Assembly: GCA_031363045.1 (NCBI GenBank)
Contig: JANLTS010000210.1
Location: forward strand, 1-48,743
Length of the DNA: 48,743 nucleotides
From: Hyphomicrobiales bacterium
GTDB taxonomy: Bacteria; Pseudomonadota; Alphaproteobacteria; Rhizobiales; Aestuariivirgaceae
Direction: 5' to 3'
A program made the translations under genes and the position numbers. Below, piece by piece: positions 31,236-39,724 of the stretch. The notes under the pieces are model-generated. The model had not been told where the DNA came from. It saw only the letters and a program-made list of their open reading frames with translations, and made no database searches. The stretch's first letter is position 1. Every line of letters begins with the position of its first letter.

Positions 31236-31544
31236 GTAGTTCCTTCAAATCGCAGAATATGGCCCCCCATTTAGCGGCCATTGATAAAGTCGGACATGTC
31301 GACATGTCGTCGTTCATCCGTATTGTGAGGGATGGTTCCTTTCTGACTTGACTGAAAACGTCACGCCACGATAGCTGTGTGAGTAAGTATGATAGTATAA
31401 CACTATCAATGTATTACTGATTGTAATTGAAGAATTCCAAGATTTGGCCAGCGCGCATTGATGGGTTCGGACATGCAGGGACGCTGACCATCAAGTCGGA
31501 TATCGGATGAATAAGTGCAGGCCGTGCATTTCAGAGTAATCCGG

Positions 31545-31935
31545 TCGGAGGCTGAGTGTTTGCGGCGGGGGTTGTAGAAGCCACTGATGTCGAACGGGGT
31601 TACCTCGCTGCGGATTTGCAGTGCCGTCGCCAAGCCAGTTCCGCCTTGAGCGACTTGAAGAAGCTTTCGACGGCGAAATTGTTGTAACAGTTGTCCTTCC
31701 CGCTCATCGATGACTTGGCGTGGTAGCGTAGACGCTGTTGAAAGTCATGCGCAAAATGTTGCGACCCATTATCCGTGAGGCGGACACAACCTAGCGGCGG
31801 TCTGCCCAGGGAGATTGCCATGTTCACGGCCTGAGTGCCAGATCCTGCTTTCTGATGTTACTGATGGCCCAGCCGACTGCACGCCTCGAAGAAATATCAA
31901 GAATAACAGCGAGATAGACCCACCCCTCCCAGGCA
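31545..31935 (-). pseudogene. IS3-family transposase remnant (integrase core, frameshifted)
   Basis: EGWVYLAVILDISSRRAVGWA, TDNGSQ, SMSGKDNCYNN..VESFFKSLKAE, FYNPRRKHS spread across three frames. Confidence 0.85.
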
Positions 31936-32048
31936 TACTCCGAAACGACTGGCCGGATGCTGTCGAAACCGCCGACCGAATACGCCGGAATGCGCACACA
32001 GGCTTTGAAACCAACTGTCTTGATCAGGAACTCCGTTGTGGCCAAGCC

Positions 32049-33068
32049 TCAAGTTTGGCTTGCTAAAACACTGACGTAGACCGAATTATCAAGCGTCTGA
32101 CGGCGATCACGGCTTGGTGCTACCCCGAACCGGCTGCTATAGGTTCGCGAAAACACCTCAAGCGAAGAGAAACCGCAGGCGACAGATATCTGGGTCAGGG
32201 ATGTCGTAGTCTGCTGCACCAGCTGGTGCGCTTTCGCCAGCCGCAATTCGCGGTAGGTGGCCTCCATACCCCGACCGAGGCGCGCCCGGAACAGCCTTTG
32301 CAGATGCCGTGCAGAAATGCCGATCGCATTCGCCAGATCTGCACAAGAGACAGGTTCGCCGAGTTTCGCCTCCATGATAGCATGAGCGCGGGCAACGGCA
32401 TCCTGCCGAAGGTGATCGTTGCGAACGGGTGACAACGCAATCCCCACAGATGGCTGCGGCCGAGATCCGGGTCGACGAACATCGACAAGAAGATGCTTGC
32501 CGACTTCTGCGGCGAGATCCTCGCCAGCAAGGCGTGATATCAGGTCCAGCATCATGTCAGCCGTAGCCGTGCCGCCGGCAGAAAGGACATGTCTGCCCGC
32601 CGTGTTAAACAGGGTCTCGGTTACGCGCAGATCGGGATGACGTTCCTCGCTTCCTTTGGAGTTGTACCAATGCATCGGCACATCCGCACCGTCGAGAAGA
32701 CCGGCGGCGGCCAGAATCTCGCTACCAGTTTCAATGGCACCGAGTCTGACACCCCTGCGCGACGCCTTGCGCAGCCAGTTGACCAGTCGTGGATCCTGAG
32801 CCATCGAATGCACATCGAAGCTGGCGACAACTAGCACAGTATCGAATGGCGTGTCGCCCGCAAGCGGCGCGTCGACCGCCGTAAGGTCGCCGCTACTGCA
32901 CCGCACGGCGAATCCATCGGCTGACAGGGTGGACCAATGGAACAGGGGACGTCCGGATAGCCAGTTGGCGATGAAAAGGGGTTCCGTGACCAAGGCGGCC
33001 CCAAGGCGAGAGAATCCTGGAACAAGCAGCAGTCCGAAACGATGCAGCGTCGCGCCTTCGCTATCCAA
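32049..33068 (-). CDS. GlxA-family (GATase-AraC) transcriptional regulator
   Basis: N-terminal DJ-1/GATase domain (EPLFIANWLSG, LAAAGLLDG..MHW) plus AraC HTH (ISARHLQRLF, ACGFSS..FSRTY). Confidence 0.92.
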   Translation of the reverse strand: MDSEGATLHRFGLLLVPGFSRLGAALVTEPLFIANWLSGRPLFHWSTLSADGFAVRCSSGDLTAVDAPLAGDTPFDTVLVVASFDVHSMAQDPRLVNWLRKASRRGVRLGAIETGSEILAAAGLLDGADVPMHWYNSKGSEERHPDLRVTETLFNTAGRHVLSAGGTATADMMLDLISRLAGEDLAAEVGKHLLVDVRRPGSRPQPSVGIALSPVRNDHLRQDAVARAHAIMEAKLGEPVSCADLANAIGISARHLQRLFRARLGRGMEATYRELRLAKAHQLVQQTTTSLTQISVACGFSSLEVFSRTYSSRFGVAPSRDRRQTLDNSVYVSVLASQT

Positions 33069-33294
33069 GACCCATGACCTGACATTGACTCATCGCGTCA
33101 CAATATGGCGCGAATGGTCAAACTACTCAAGGACAATGAAAGAGGAGCTGTCTGATTCTGCAAAAATGTAAGCAGCAGTGCGTCATTCAATCGTCAATGC
33201 GTGATCAGTTTCAGGTCGCCCAGGGTCAAACAGCCTTCCTAGCGTAAGATAATCTTCAGGCAACTACGACTGTCAAAGGCAGAGGAGAGAAGCC

Positions 33295-34452
33295 ATGGGC
33301 TTACTGGAAACCAACCGCAGCAAGGCCAACCTGAACTGGGACTATAGCGATCCTGTCAATGGTCAGACCATTCCCGCCGCCTATTTCTATGATCCCCAGG
33401 TCTTTGCCGACGAAAAAGAACTAATCTTCATGCGCTGCTGGCACCTTGTGGGACACATGAACGAGTTCAACGAACCCGGCAACTACGTCGTTCAGGACAT
33501 ATTTGAGCAAAGCGTTGTCGTCACCGCCGGAAAGGACGGAGCCATTCATGCCTGGCATAACGTTTGCCGTCATCGTGGAAATCGTCTGATGACGGAACGG
33601 CGAGGCAAAGTAGGCGCTGTGCTGCGCTGCCAGTACCATTCTTGGTGTTACAATCTTGATGGAGGCTTGCGCGCCGCGCCGCGCACCGAACATCTGGCAT
33701 ATTTCAGCAAGGACGATCACAGTCTGCGAAAAGTTAGGCTAGAGATTTTCGCAGGCTGGGTTTTTGTAACTCTCGATGACAGCGCACAACCGGTCGCCGA
33801 GATGGCAGCTGGCGCGGAAGAGGAAATGCGCCGGTTCCTGCCCGATATGGACAATGTCGTGCTTGTTCAGGAAACCGATGTCATCGTTGACGCCAACTGG
33901 AAAGTGATTCAGGAAAACTCGGTTGAGGGCTATCACTTTGACCTCAGCGGGCCTGTCCATAAAGACCTTGCCGCCCTGATCGACTTTGAAGGCTATACTC
34001 TGACGGCCAACGACAAATGGTGGACGTATATTGGTCCGCCGAACAAAAAAACTACCCATGCCTATGGCCTGTCGCTGGAAGGCGCCACGTGGCAAACCGA
34101 CTCGTTCTTCAACATTGGGCTTTGGCCGAACACGACATTCTATTCGTTTCCTTATACCGACATGATCGGGACATTTATTATGATCCCCCTTGGGCCGGAG
34201 CGGTCGTTGCTGCGCTTTGGCTATTACGCACCCAAAGGTCGACCAGTGCCCGAGGTGACGAAGGCGGCCATCAACTGGATGAATACGCAGCTGGGGCCAG
34301 AAGACATCGTGCTAAATGTCACCAATCAGAGGGGTCTGCATTCCATCGGGTTCGGCTCTGGTCGCTATCTGATAGATGCGACGCGCCCGAACCAGAGCGA
34401 GCATCTTGTCCACAACTTCCACAAGCTTTGCTACCAAGCGATCAGAGAATGA
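33295..34452 (+). CDS. Rieske non-heme iron oxygenase alpha subunit (CntA/choline-monooxygenase-like)
   Basis: Rieske CRHRG...CQYHSW; NWK...EN..EGYH....H; ED near the C-terminus; strong RBS. Confidence 0.9.
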   Translation: MGLLETNRSKANLNWDYSDPVNGQTIPAAYFYDPQVFADEKELIFMRCWHLVGHMNEFNEPGNYVVQDIFEQSVVVTAGKDGAIHAWHNVCRHRGNRLMTERRGKVGAVLRCQYHSWCYNLDGGLRAAPRTEHLAYFSKDDHSLRKVRLEIFAGWVFVTLDDSAQPVAEMAAGAEEEMRRFLPDMDNVVLVQETDVIVDANWKVIQENSVEGYHFDLSGPVHKDLAALIDFEGYTLTANDKWWTYIGPPNKKTTHAYGLSLEGATWQTDSFFNIGLWPNTTFYSFPYTDMIGTFIMIPLGPERSLLRFGYYAPKGRPVPEVTKAAINWMNTQLGPEDIVLNVTNQRGLHSIGFGSGRYLIDATRPNQSEHLVHNFHKLCYQAIRE

Positions 34453-36113
34453 CGGCGCAGACCTGGGATTACGTGATTGTGGGCGCAGGCTCCGCCGGAT
34501 GTGTTCTGGCGAACCGGTTGTCAGAAGATCCTGACATGCGGGTGTTGCTGCTGGAAGCGGGGCCGGAAGACCGCTCGATGTGGCTGCGGATGCCCGCAGG
34601 AATGTCACGGGTGGTCTGGGGTACAGATTATAGCTGGGCCTTTACGTCAGAACCCGAACCTCACCTTGGTGGTCGGCGTCTGGGCCATCCGCGTGGCAAG
34701 GTGCTTGGCGGGTCATCGTCTATCAATGGCATGGTCTGGTTGCGTGGCCATGCCCGGGATTACGACGGATGGGCGCAACGCGGGGCATCTGGCTGGAGTT
34801 ATGCCGATGTTCTGCCCTATTTCCGCCGGTCCGAAACGGCACCAGACCCAAAAGACCCCCTTCGCGGCGGGGAGGGGCCGATTCAGGTCACCCGGCCTAA
34901 GCTTGAGGTTTCATCGCTGGCAGCCGCCTTTGTTCAGGCGGGTGGTCAAGCTGGTTATCCCGTTCTGCCAGACTTCAACGGTGCGGATCAGGAAGGCTTT
35001 GGCCCGGTTGAACGCAGCACACGCGGCGGCAGGCGCTGGAGCACATCGCGCGGCTATCTGACCCCGGCACGCGACCGCCCGAACCTGAAAATTGTGACGG
35101 GTGCGCTGGCGCAAGAGGTAACCCTTGAGAGGGGGCACGCGCGCGGAGTTCGTTTTCTTGCCGCAGGGCGTTCAACCCAAGTGTGGGCAGAGCGTGAAGT
35201 GATCCTTGCCGCAGGTGCCATCGGTTCTCCACATCTTCTACATCTGTCGGGCATCGGGCCTGCAGCGGTGCTGGAGGCCGCGGCGATACCGGTGCTCCAT
35301 GATCTGCCGGGCGTTGGCGAAAACCTGAACGACCACCCGGATCTGGTGATCCAGCATCTTTGCCGCGAACCCGTCACCTTGTATCCGGTAACGCGCCCGG
35401 TGCGCAGCTGGCTTGCGGGTGCGGAATGGGCCTTGCGCGGGACAGGCCCGGCTGCCACCAACCACTTCGAGGCAGGTGGCTTTGTGCGGTCACGGCTTGA
35501 TGTCGAGCACCCGGATATTCAGTTCACTTTCATGCCCCTGGCCGTGGTGCCCGGCACTGTCGATATCCGGCGGGAGCATTCTTTTCAGGTTCATATCGAC
35601 CTGATGCGGCCGCGCAGCCGGGGCTATGTGCGGGCGCGCAGCGCGGACCCCCAGCAAGCGCCAGCGATCTTGTTCAACTATCTTGCCGATGCCACAGATC
35701 GGGCAGATTTGCGGGAAGGTGTTGCAATCCTGCGTGATGTGCTGTCCCAAGTTGCACTTTCGCGGTTCGCTGGGGCCGAGATATTCCCCGGACCGGCAAC
35801 TCAGGGGCGGGAGGCCATAGATGCCTGGATCGCCCAGACTTTGGAGACGTGTTACCATCCGGTCGGAACGTGCCGGATGGGCAATGCTCATGCCTCCGAC
35901 GTTGTGGTTGATCCCGAATGCAGGGTCAGGGGCATCGACGGTTTGCGTGTGGTCGATGCCTCCATCATGCCTGAAATCGTAAGCGCCAACACCAACGCAA
36001 CCACCATCATGATCGCTGAAAAGGCGTCCGACTTGATCCGTGGCCGGGCGGCTTTGTTGCGAGATGCCACGGCTGCGCCGATGTCCCTAATCCCGGAAAG
36101 GCAATTTCAATGA
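34449..36113 (+). CDS. betA: GMC oxidoreductase, choline dehydrogenase-like
   Basis: DYVIVGAGSAGCVLANRLSE, RGKVLGGSSSINGM, YHPVGTCRMG, NTNATTIMIAEK; ATGA overlap with the Rieske gene. The betA symbol is tentative. Confidence 0.82.
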   Translation: MTAQTWDYVIVGAGSAGCVLANRLSEDPDMRVLLLEAGPEDRSMWLRMPAGMSRVVWGTDYSWAFTSEPEPHLGGRRLGHPRGKVLGGSSSINGMVWLRGHARDYDGWAQRGASGWSYADVLPYFRRSETAPDPKDPLRGGEGPIQVTRPKLEVSSLAAAFVQAGGQAGYPVLPDFNGADQEGFGPVERSTRGGRRWSTSRGYLTPARDRPNLKIVTGALAQEVTLERGHARGVRFLAAGRSTQVWAEREVILAAGAIGSPHLLHLSGIGPAAVLEAAAIPVLHDLPGVGENLNDHPDLVIQHLCREPVTLYPVTRPVRSWLAGAEWALRGTGPAATNHFEAGGFVRSRLDVEHPDIQFTFMPLAVVPGTVDIRREHSFQVHIDLMRPRSRGYVRARSADPQQAPAILFNYLADATDRADLREGVAILRDVLSQVALSRFAGAEIFPGPATQGREAIDAWIAQTLETCYHPVGTCRMGNAHASDVVVDPECRVRGIDGLRVVDASIMPEIVSANTNATTIMIAEKASDLIRGRAALLRDATAAPMSLIPERQFQ

Positions 36114-36880
36114 ACAATATGGCAGTCAGTGCAGATCAGGGACTTCCAGATGCGGACAGCTTGCAGCGGAAGCGCGAAGATCTGGCAGCGACCTTCCGCT
36201 ATTTCGCCCGGCTGAACATGCATGAGTCGGTTGCCAATCATTTCAGCCTTGCCGTGTCGCCCGACGGGCGGCAGTTCCTAATGAATCCAAGAGGCCGCCA
36301 CTTCTCGCGTATCCGCGCGTCGGATCTGATGCTGCTGGATGCCGGGGACCCCGACACGATGCGGCGCAACAACGCGCCAGACCCGACCGCTTGGTATATC
36401 CACAGCCGAATCCACCGCCTTGTGCCGCATGCTCGGTGCCTACTGCACCTTCACCCGCGTTATGCAACGGCGCTTTCGGCCCTTGCAGACAGTAGCATGC
36501 CGCCAATTGACCAGAATACCATGCGCTTCTTTGGCCGCCTTGCTATCGACGAAGGCTTCGAGGGCATGGGCCTGTCCGACGATGAGGGCGACCGGCTGGC
36601 CGGGCATCTGGGCGATGCCAACGTGCTTTTGATGGGCAACCATGGCGTGCTTGTAGCGGCACCTACGGTCGCTTCGGCAATGGACGAGATGTATTATTTC
36701 GAAAGGGCTTGCGAGACGCTGATGATTGCCTACGCCTCGGGGCAACCTTTGCGTGTGGCACCGGATCATGTGGCTGCCACAACGGCGAAACAATGGACCG
36801 ACTATGGCCAGCTTGCCATTGATCACCTTAGCGAGGTGCGGGCGATCCTTGATGTCCAAGAACCGGACTACCGCGACTAA
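36110..36880 (+). CDS. Class II aldolase/adducin family protein
   Basis: NHFS, PTAWYIHSRIH, HLHP, MGNHG metal-binding motifs. Confidence 0.9.
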   Translation: MNNMAVSADQGLPDADSLQRKREDLAATFRYFARLNMHESVANHFSLAVSPDGRQFLMNPRGRHFSRIRASDLMLLDAGDPDTMRRNNAPDPTAWYIHSRIHRLVPHARCLLHLHPRYATALSALADSSMPPIDQNTMRFFGRLAIDEGFEGMGLSDDEGDRLAGHLGDANVLLMGNHGVLVAAPTVASAMDEMYYFERACETLMIAYASGQPLRVAPDHVAATTAKQWTDYGQLAIDHLSEVRAILDVQEPDYRD

Positions 36881-36882
36881 AA

Positions 36883-36995
36883 AAGTAGCCCCGCAGAATG
36901 ATGGTACGGCCCTGAAGAAGAAATGGAAGGAAGCACTATGGGACGAGGTCGGAACCGGCGCGCGGCGACTGCACACACTGTCCGTCGATCGAAAA
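36883..36995 (+). pseudogene. Degenerate 5' fragment of an IS481 element
   Basis: 21 bp (36922-36942) identical to the reverse complement of 30337-30357; MEGSTMGRGR..ATAHTVR versus [17 protein letters not shown]. Confidence 0.7.
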
Positions 36996-37213
36996 AGACA
37001 GCCGGGGACCGTCGGTCACAGAAGGCATCGCCAAGTACGCAGAACCCGCAGGCTCGCTCCGGCGGACTACTGGCTCAATTCGAAGGTTTTCAATTGATCC
37101 GATGCGCTCGGACTATGGTGCTGAATTATCAAGTAACTTGGCCTGAGTATAATAAAAGAACAATAAAACTCTTTCATTGCAGGTCTGAGTCATGATTTCC
37201 AGTTTTCGCGATT

Positions 37214-37250
37214 TGTCGCAATGCGACAACTTTGTGTCACTCTATGTCAA
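37214..37250 (+). promoter_or_regulatory. Putative AraC/GlxA tandem binding site
   Basis: Two TGTC-N9-CAA units 21 bp apart; related single units at 31281-31296 (minus) and 33214-33229. Confidence 0.45.
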
Positions 37251-37676
37251 ACACGCGGGGATGAATGGTCTAGGCTTTCAGAAGATTGGCGCTGGTGGGG
37301 CGAACCGCCAAGGGGGAGAACGCGTGGTAGAGTCTGACCTACGTTGTTCTGAAGTGGGCCGAAAGCGGGCCCCACGATGCCATCTCGGCTGTGCAACATT
37401 GACCCAAAGTTCCCGACACGTAGCTCTTCTGCTTCGGTCGCTCACTTGTGGACGAAAACAGCAGCACACCGCAAATCGGCAAGCTTTCATCGTTGTATGC
37501 GCTAAAGCCAACCCAATCACAGAAACTGAACAGCATTGTAGAAACGCTTTTTTGGCATCGACTCGGGACTCTGAGTGCCACCCCGGTGCGGCAAGGCCGC
37601 GCCACCAACTGTGACCGAATAAAGCGGCAAACATCGTGCAATGAAAAATCAACTACGCAACAGAAGGAGAGATAGA

Positions 37677-38609
37677 ATGAAAATGACACGTATCTTTGCC
37701 GGCCTACCAGTGGCGCTGATGCTGGCCAGTGCGCTGCCCGGTCGGGCCGCCGATCTGGGTGCGCAGGACGAAGCAATCAAATTCGCAATCTTGGAGTGGA
37801 CTGGTCAGCACGTCACCAGCCACATCGCGGGTCAGTTGCTGGAAAAACTGGGTTACAAAGTTGAATACGTCACCGCTGGCAACTTCCCGCAGTTTACGGC
37901 CTTGTCAGACGGCACGCTCAGCGCCTCTGTCGAGATCTGGCTGAACAATGTGGGTGAGGTTTACCCGGTGGCACTAGCCGACAAGTCCATCGAAGATATC
38001 GGATCGCTGCACCTTGAGACGCGTGAGGGCTGGGTCTATCCGAAGTACATGGAAACGGTCTGTCCGGGACTGCCGGACTGGAGCGCGCTCACCAAACCCG
38101 ACTGCGTTGCGGCCCTTGCCAGCCCTGAGACCTTTCCCAATGGCAGAATCCTTGATTATCCGGCGGACTGGGGGTCGCGCGCGGCGACAATCGTAGCGGA
38201 TAATGCCCTGCCGTATGTCGCGCTCTCATCAGGATCGGAAGGCGCACTTGTGTCCGAGCTCGTCGCGGCCGATGCTGCCAAAACCCCCCTGTTGATGATG
38301 CTTTGGTCGCCGCATTACATTCTGTCGCAAGTGGAAGTCGGCTGGGTCGAGATGCCGCCCTGCAAAGACCAGAGCAACGAACACTGCATCAACCCACCCG
38401 AGGTCACCAAGATCGTATGGTCCGGCTTTGGCGAGAAATGGCCTGCGGCCTACGAAGTCCTGAAACAGATTACCATGGACGCCAAGGAACAGGAGTTGAT
38501 GATCTTCCGGGTCGAGCGCGGCAATGAAGACATTGATGTTGTGGTCAAGGAATGGATCGAAAACCACGAGGGTACTTGGAAGCCCTGGCTTGACGCCGCC
38601 AAAGGCTGA
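37677..38609 (+). CDS. Glycine betaine/proline-type ABC transporter substrate-binding protein
   Basis: GAAGGAG RBS, signal peptide, EWTGQ, LLEKLGYKVE, EIW, CPGLPDW, WSPH. Confidence 0.9.
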   Translation: MKMTRIFAGLPVALMLASALPGRAADLGAQDEAIKFAILEWTGQHVTSHIAGQLLEKLGYKVEYVTAGNFPQFTALSDGTLSASVEIWLNNVGEVYPVALADKSIEDIGSLHLETREGWVYPKYMETVCPGLPDWSALTKPDCVAALASPETFPNGRILDYPADWGSRAATIVADNALPYVALSSGSEGALVSELVAADAAKTPLLMMLWSPHYILSQVEVGWVEMPPCKDQSNEHCINPPEVTKIVWSGFGEKWPAAYEVLKQITMDAKEQELMIFRVERGNEDIDVVVKEWIENHEGTWKPWLDAAKG

Positions 38610-38674
38610 AACTGCATAGCCACAAACTGCCTCTGCCAGCCTCAGACCGGGCGAAAGCCTCGAAGGATACCATA

Positions 38675-39724
38675 ATGAATCCAACCCCTCGTCCGGTCAA
38701 ACTTGCCTGCCGCAATGTCTGGAAAGTGTTCGGCCCGCGCCCCTCTTTCTATTTTGACTCGCGCGGCTACACGATTGAGCCCAATGAATTGGCAGAGCGG
38801 ATGCGGGCCGAGCGGCACATTCCGGCCGTTGTTGACGCCAATTTCGAGGTCGCGACGGGTGAAATCTTCGTCATCATGGGTCTTTCTGGGTCAGGAAAAT
38901 CGACGCTTGTGCGATGCCTGTCGCGCCTTGTCGAACCTAGTGCAGGGGAAATCTTGCTGGACGGTCAAGATCTTCTGAAGGCAAGCCACAAGGAATTAAC
39001 CGACCTTCGCCGCCACGCAATGGGGATGGTGTTTCAGTCGTTTGGCCTGTTGCCGCATTTGACAGTGCTGGAAAACGTCGCTTTTCCACTGCGGGTACAG
39101 GGTAAGTCGCAGCGTGACCGGGAGGCGCGGGCTCATGAGGTTGTGGAACTTGTAGGGCTGAAAGGTCGTGAAAATGCCTATCCGGCAGAACTTTCGGGCG
39201 GCCAGCAGCAGCGCGTGGGTATCGCCCGGTCGTTGGCTGTAGGCCCCGATCTGTGGTTTCTGGACGAGCCGTTTTCCGCGCTGGACCCTTTGATTCGCCG
39301 TCAGATGCAGGAAGAATTCCTGCGTCTGCAAAAGCAGTTGAAAAAGACCATCGTGTTCATCACCCACGATATTGTCGAAGCTTTTCGGCTTGCCGACCGT
39401 CTCGCACTGATGCGCGACGGAAAGATCGTACAGATCGGCCGCCCGGTCGATATCGCACTGAACCCTGTCGACGAGTATGTGGCACGATTTACTCAGGAAA
39501 TTCCTTTGTTGCAGATCGTGACAGCGCGTGATTTGGCCAGCGCCGTTGCGGATCAGGTCGGCGACGTGATTTCCGCAGACACCCTGCTGGTAGATCTAGT
39601 GCCGCGGCTGGCTGCGGGAGCGCCGGGATTTCGTGTGATGGACGGCACCGAAGTTATCGGGGGGTTAACAGCCGCCATGGCTTTGGCGGCACTGGACCGC
39701 AGTACGCCTGGGCGCGCATCATGA
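38675..39724 (+). CDS. Betaine/proline ABC transporter ATP-binding protein (ProV-like)
   Basis: GEIFVIMGLSGSGKST, LSGGQQQRVG, DEPFSALDPLIR. Confidence 0.94.
   Translation: MNPTPRPVKLACRNVWKVFGPRPSFYFDSRGYTIEPNELAERMRAERHIPAVVDANFEVATGEIFVIMGLSGSGKSTLVRCLSRLVEPSAGEILLDGQDLLKASHKELTDLRRHAMGMVFQSFGLLPHLTVLENVAFPLRVQGKSQRDREARAHEVVELVGLKGRENAYPAELSGGQQQRVGIARSLAVGPDLWFLDEPFSALDPLIRRQMQEEFLRLQKQLKKTIVFITHDIVEAFRLADRLALMRDGKIVQIGRPVDIALNPVDEYVARFTQEIPLLQIVTARDLASAVADQVGDVISADTLLVDLVPRLAAGAPGFRVMDGTEVIGGLTAAMALAALDRSTPGRAS

Noticed and set aside
34017-34448. 698-aa version of the GMC oxidoreductase
   Set aside because: The extension overlaps the Rieske gene out of frame; ATG 34449 gives a standard ATGA coupling.
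33295-34452. Calling the Rieske gene cntA
   Set aside because: The active-site segment (ENSVEGYHFDLSGPVH) diverges from CntA as I recall it and no cntB is adjacent; needs phylogeny.
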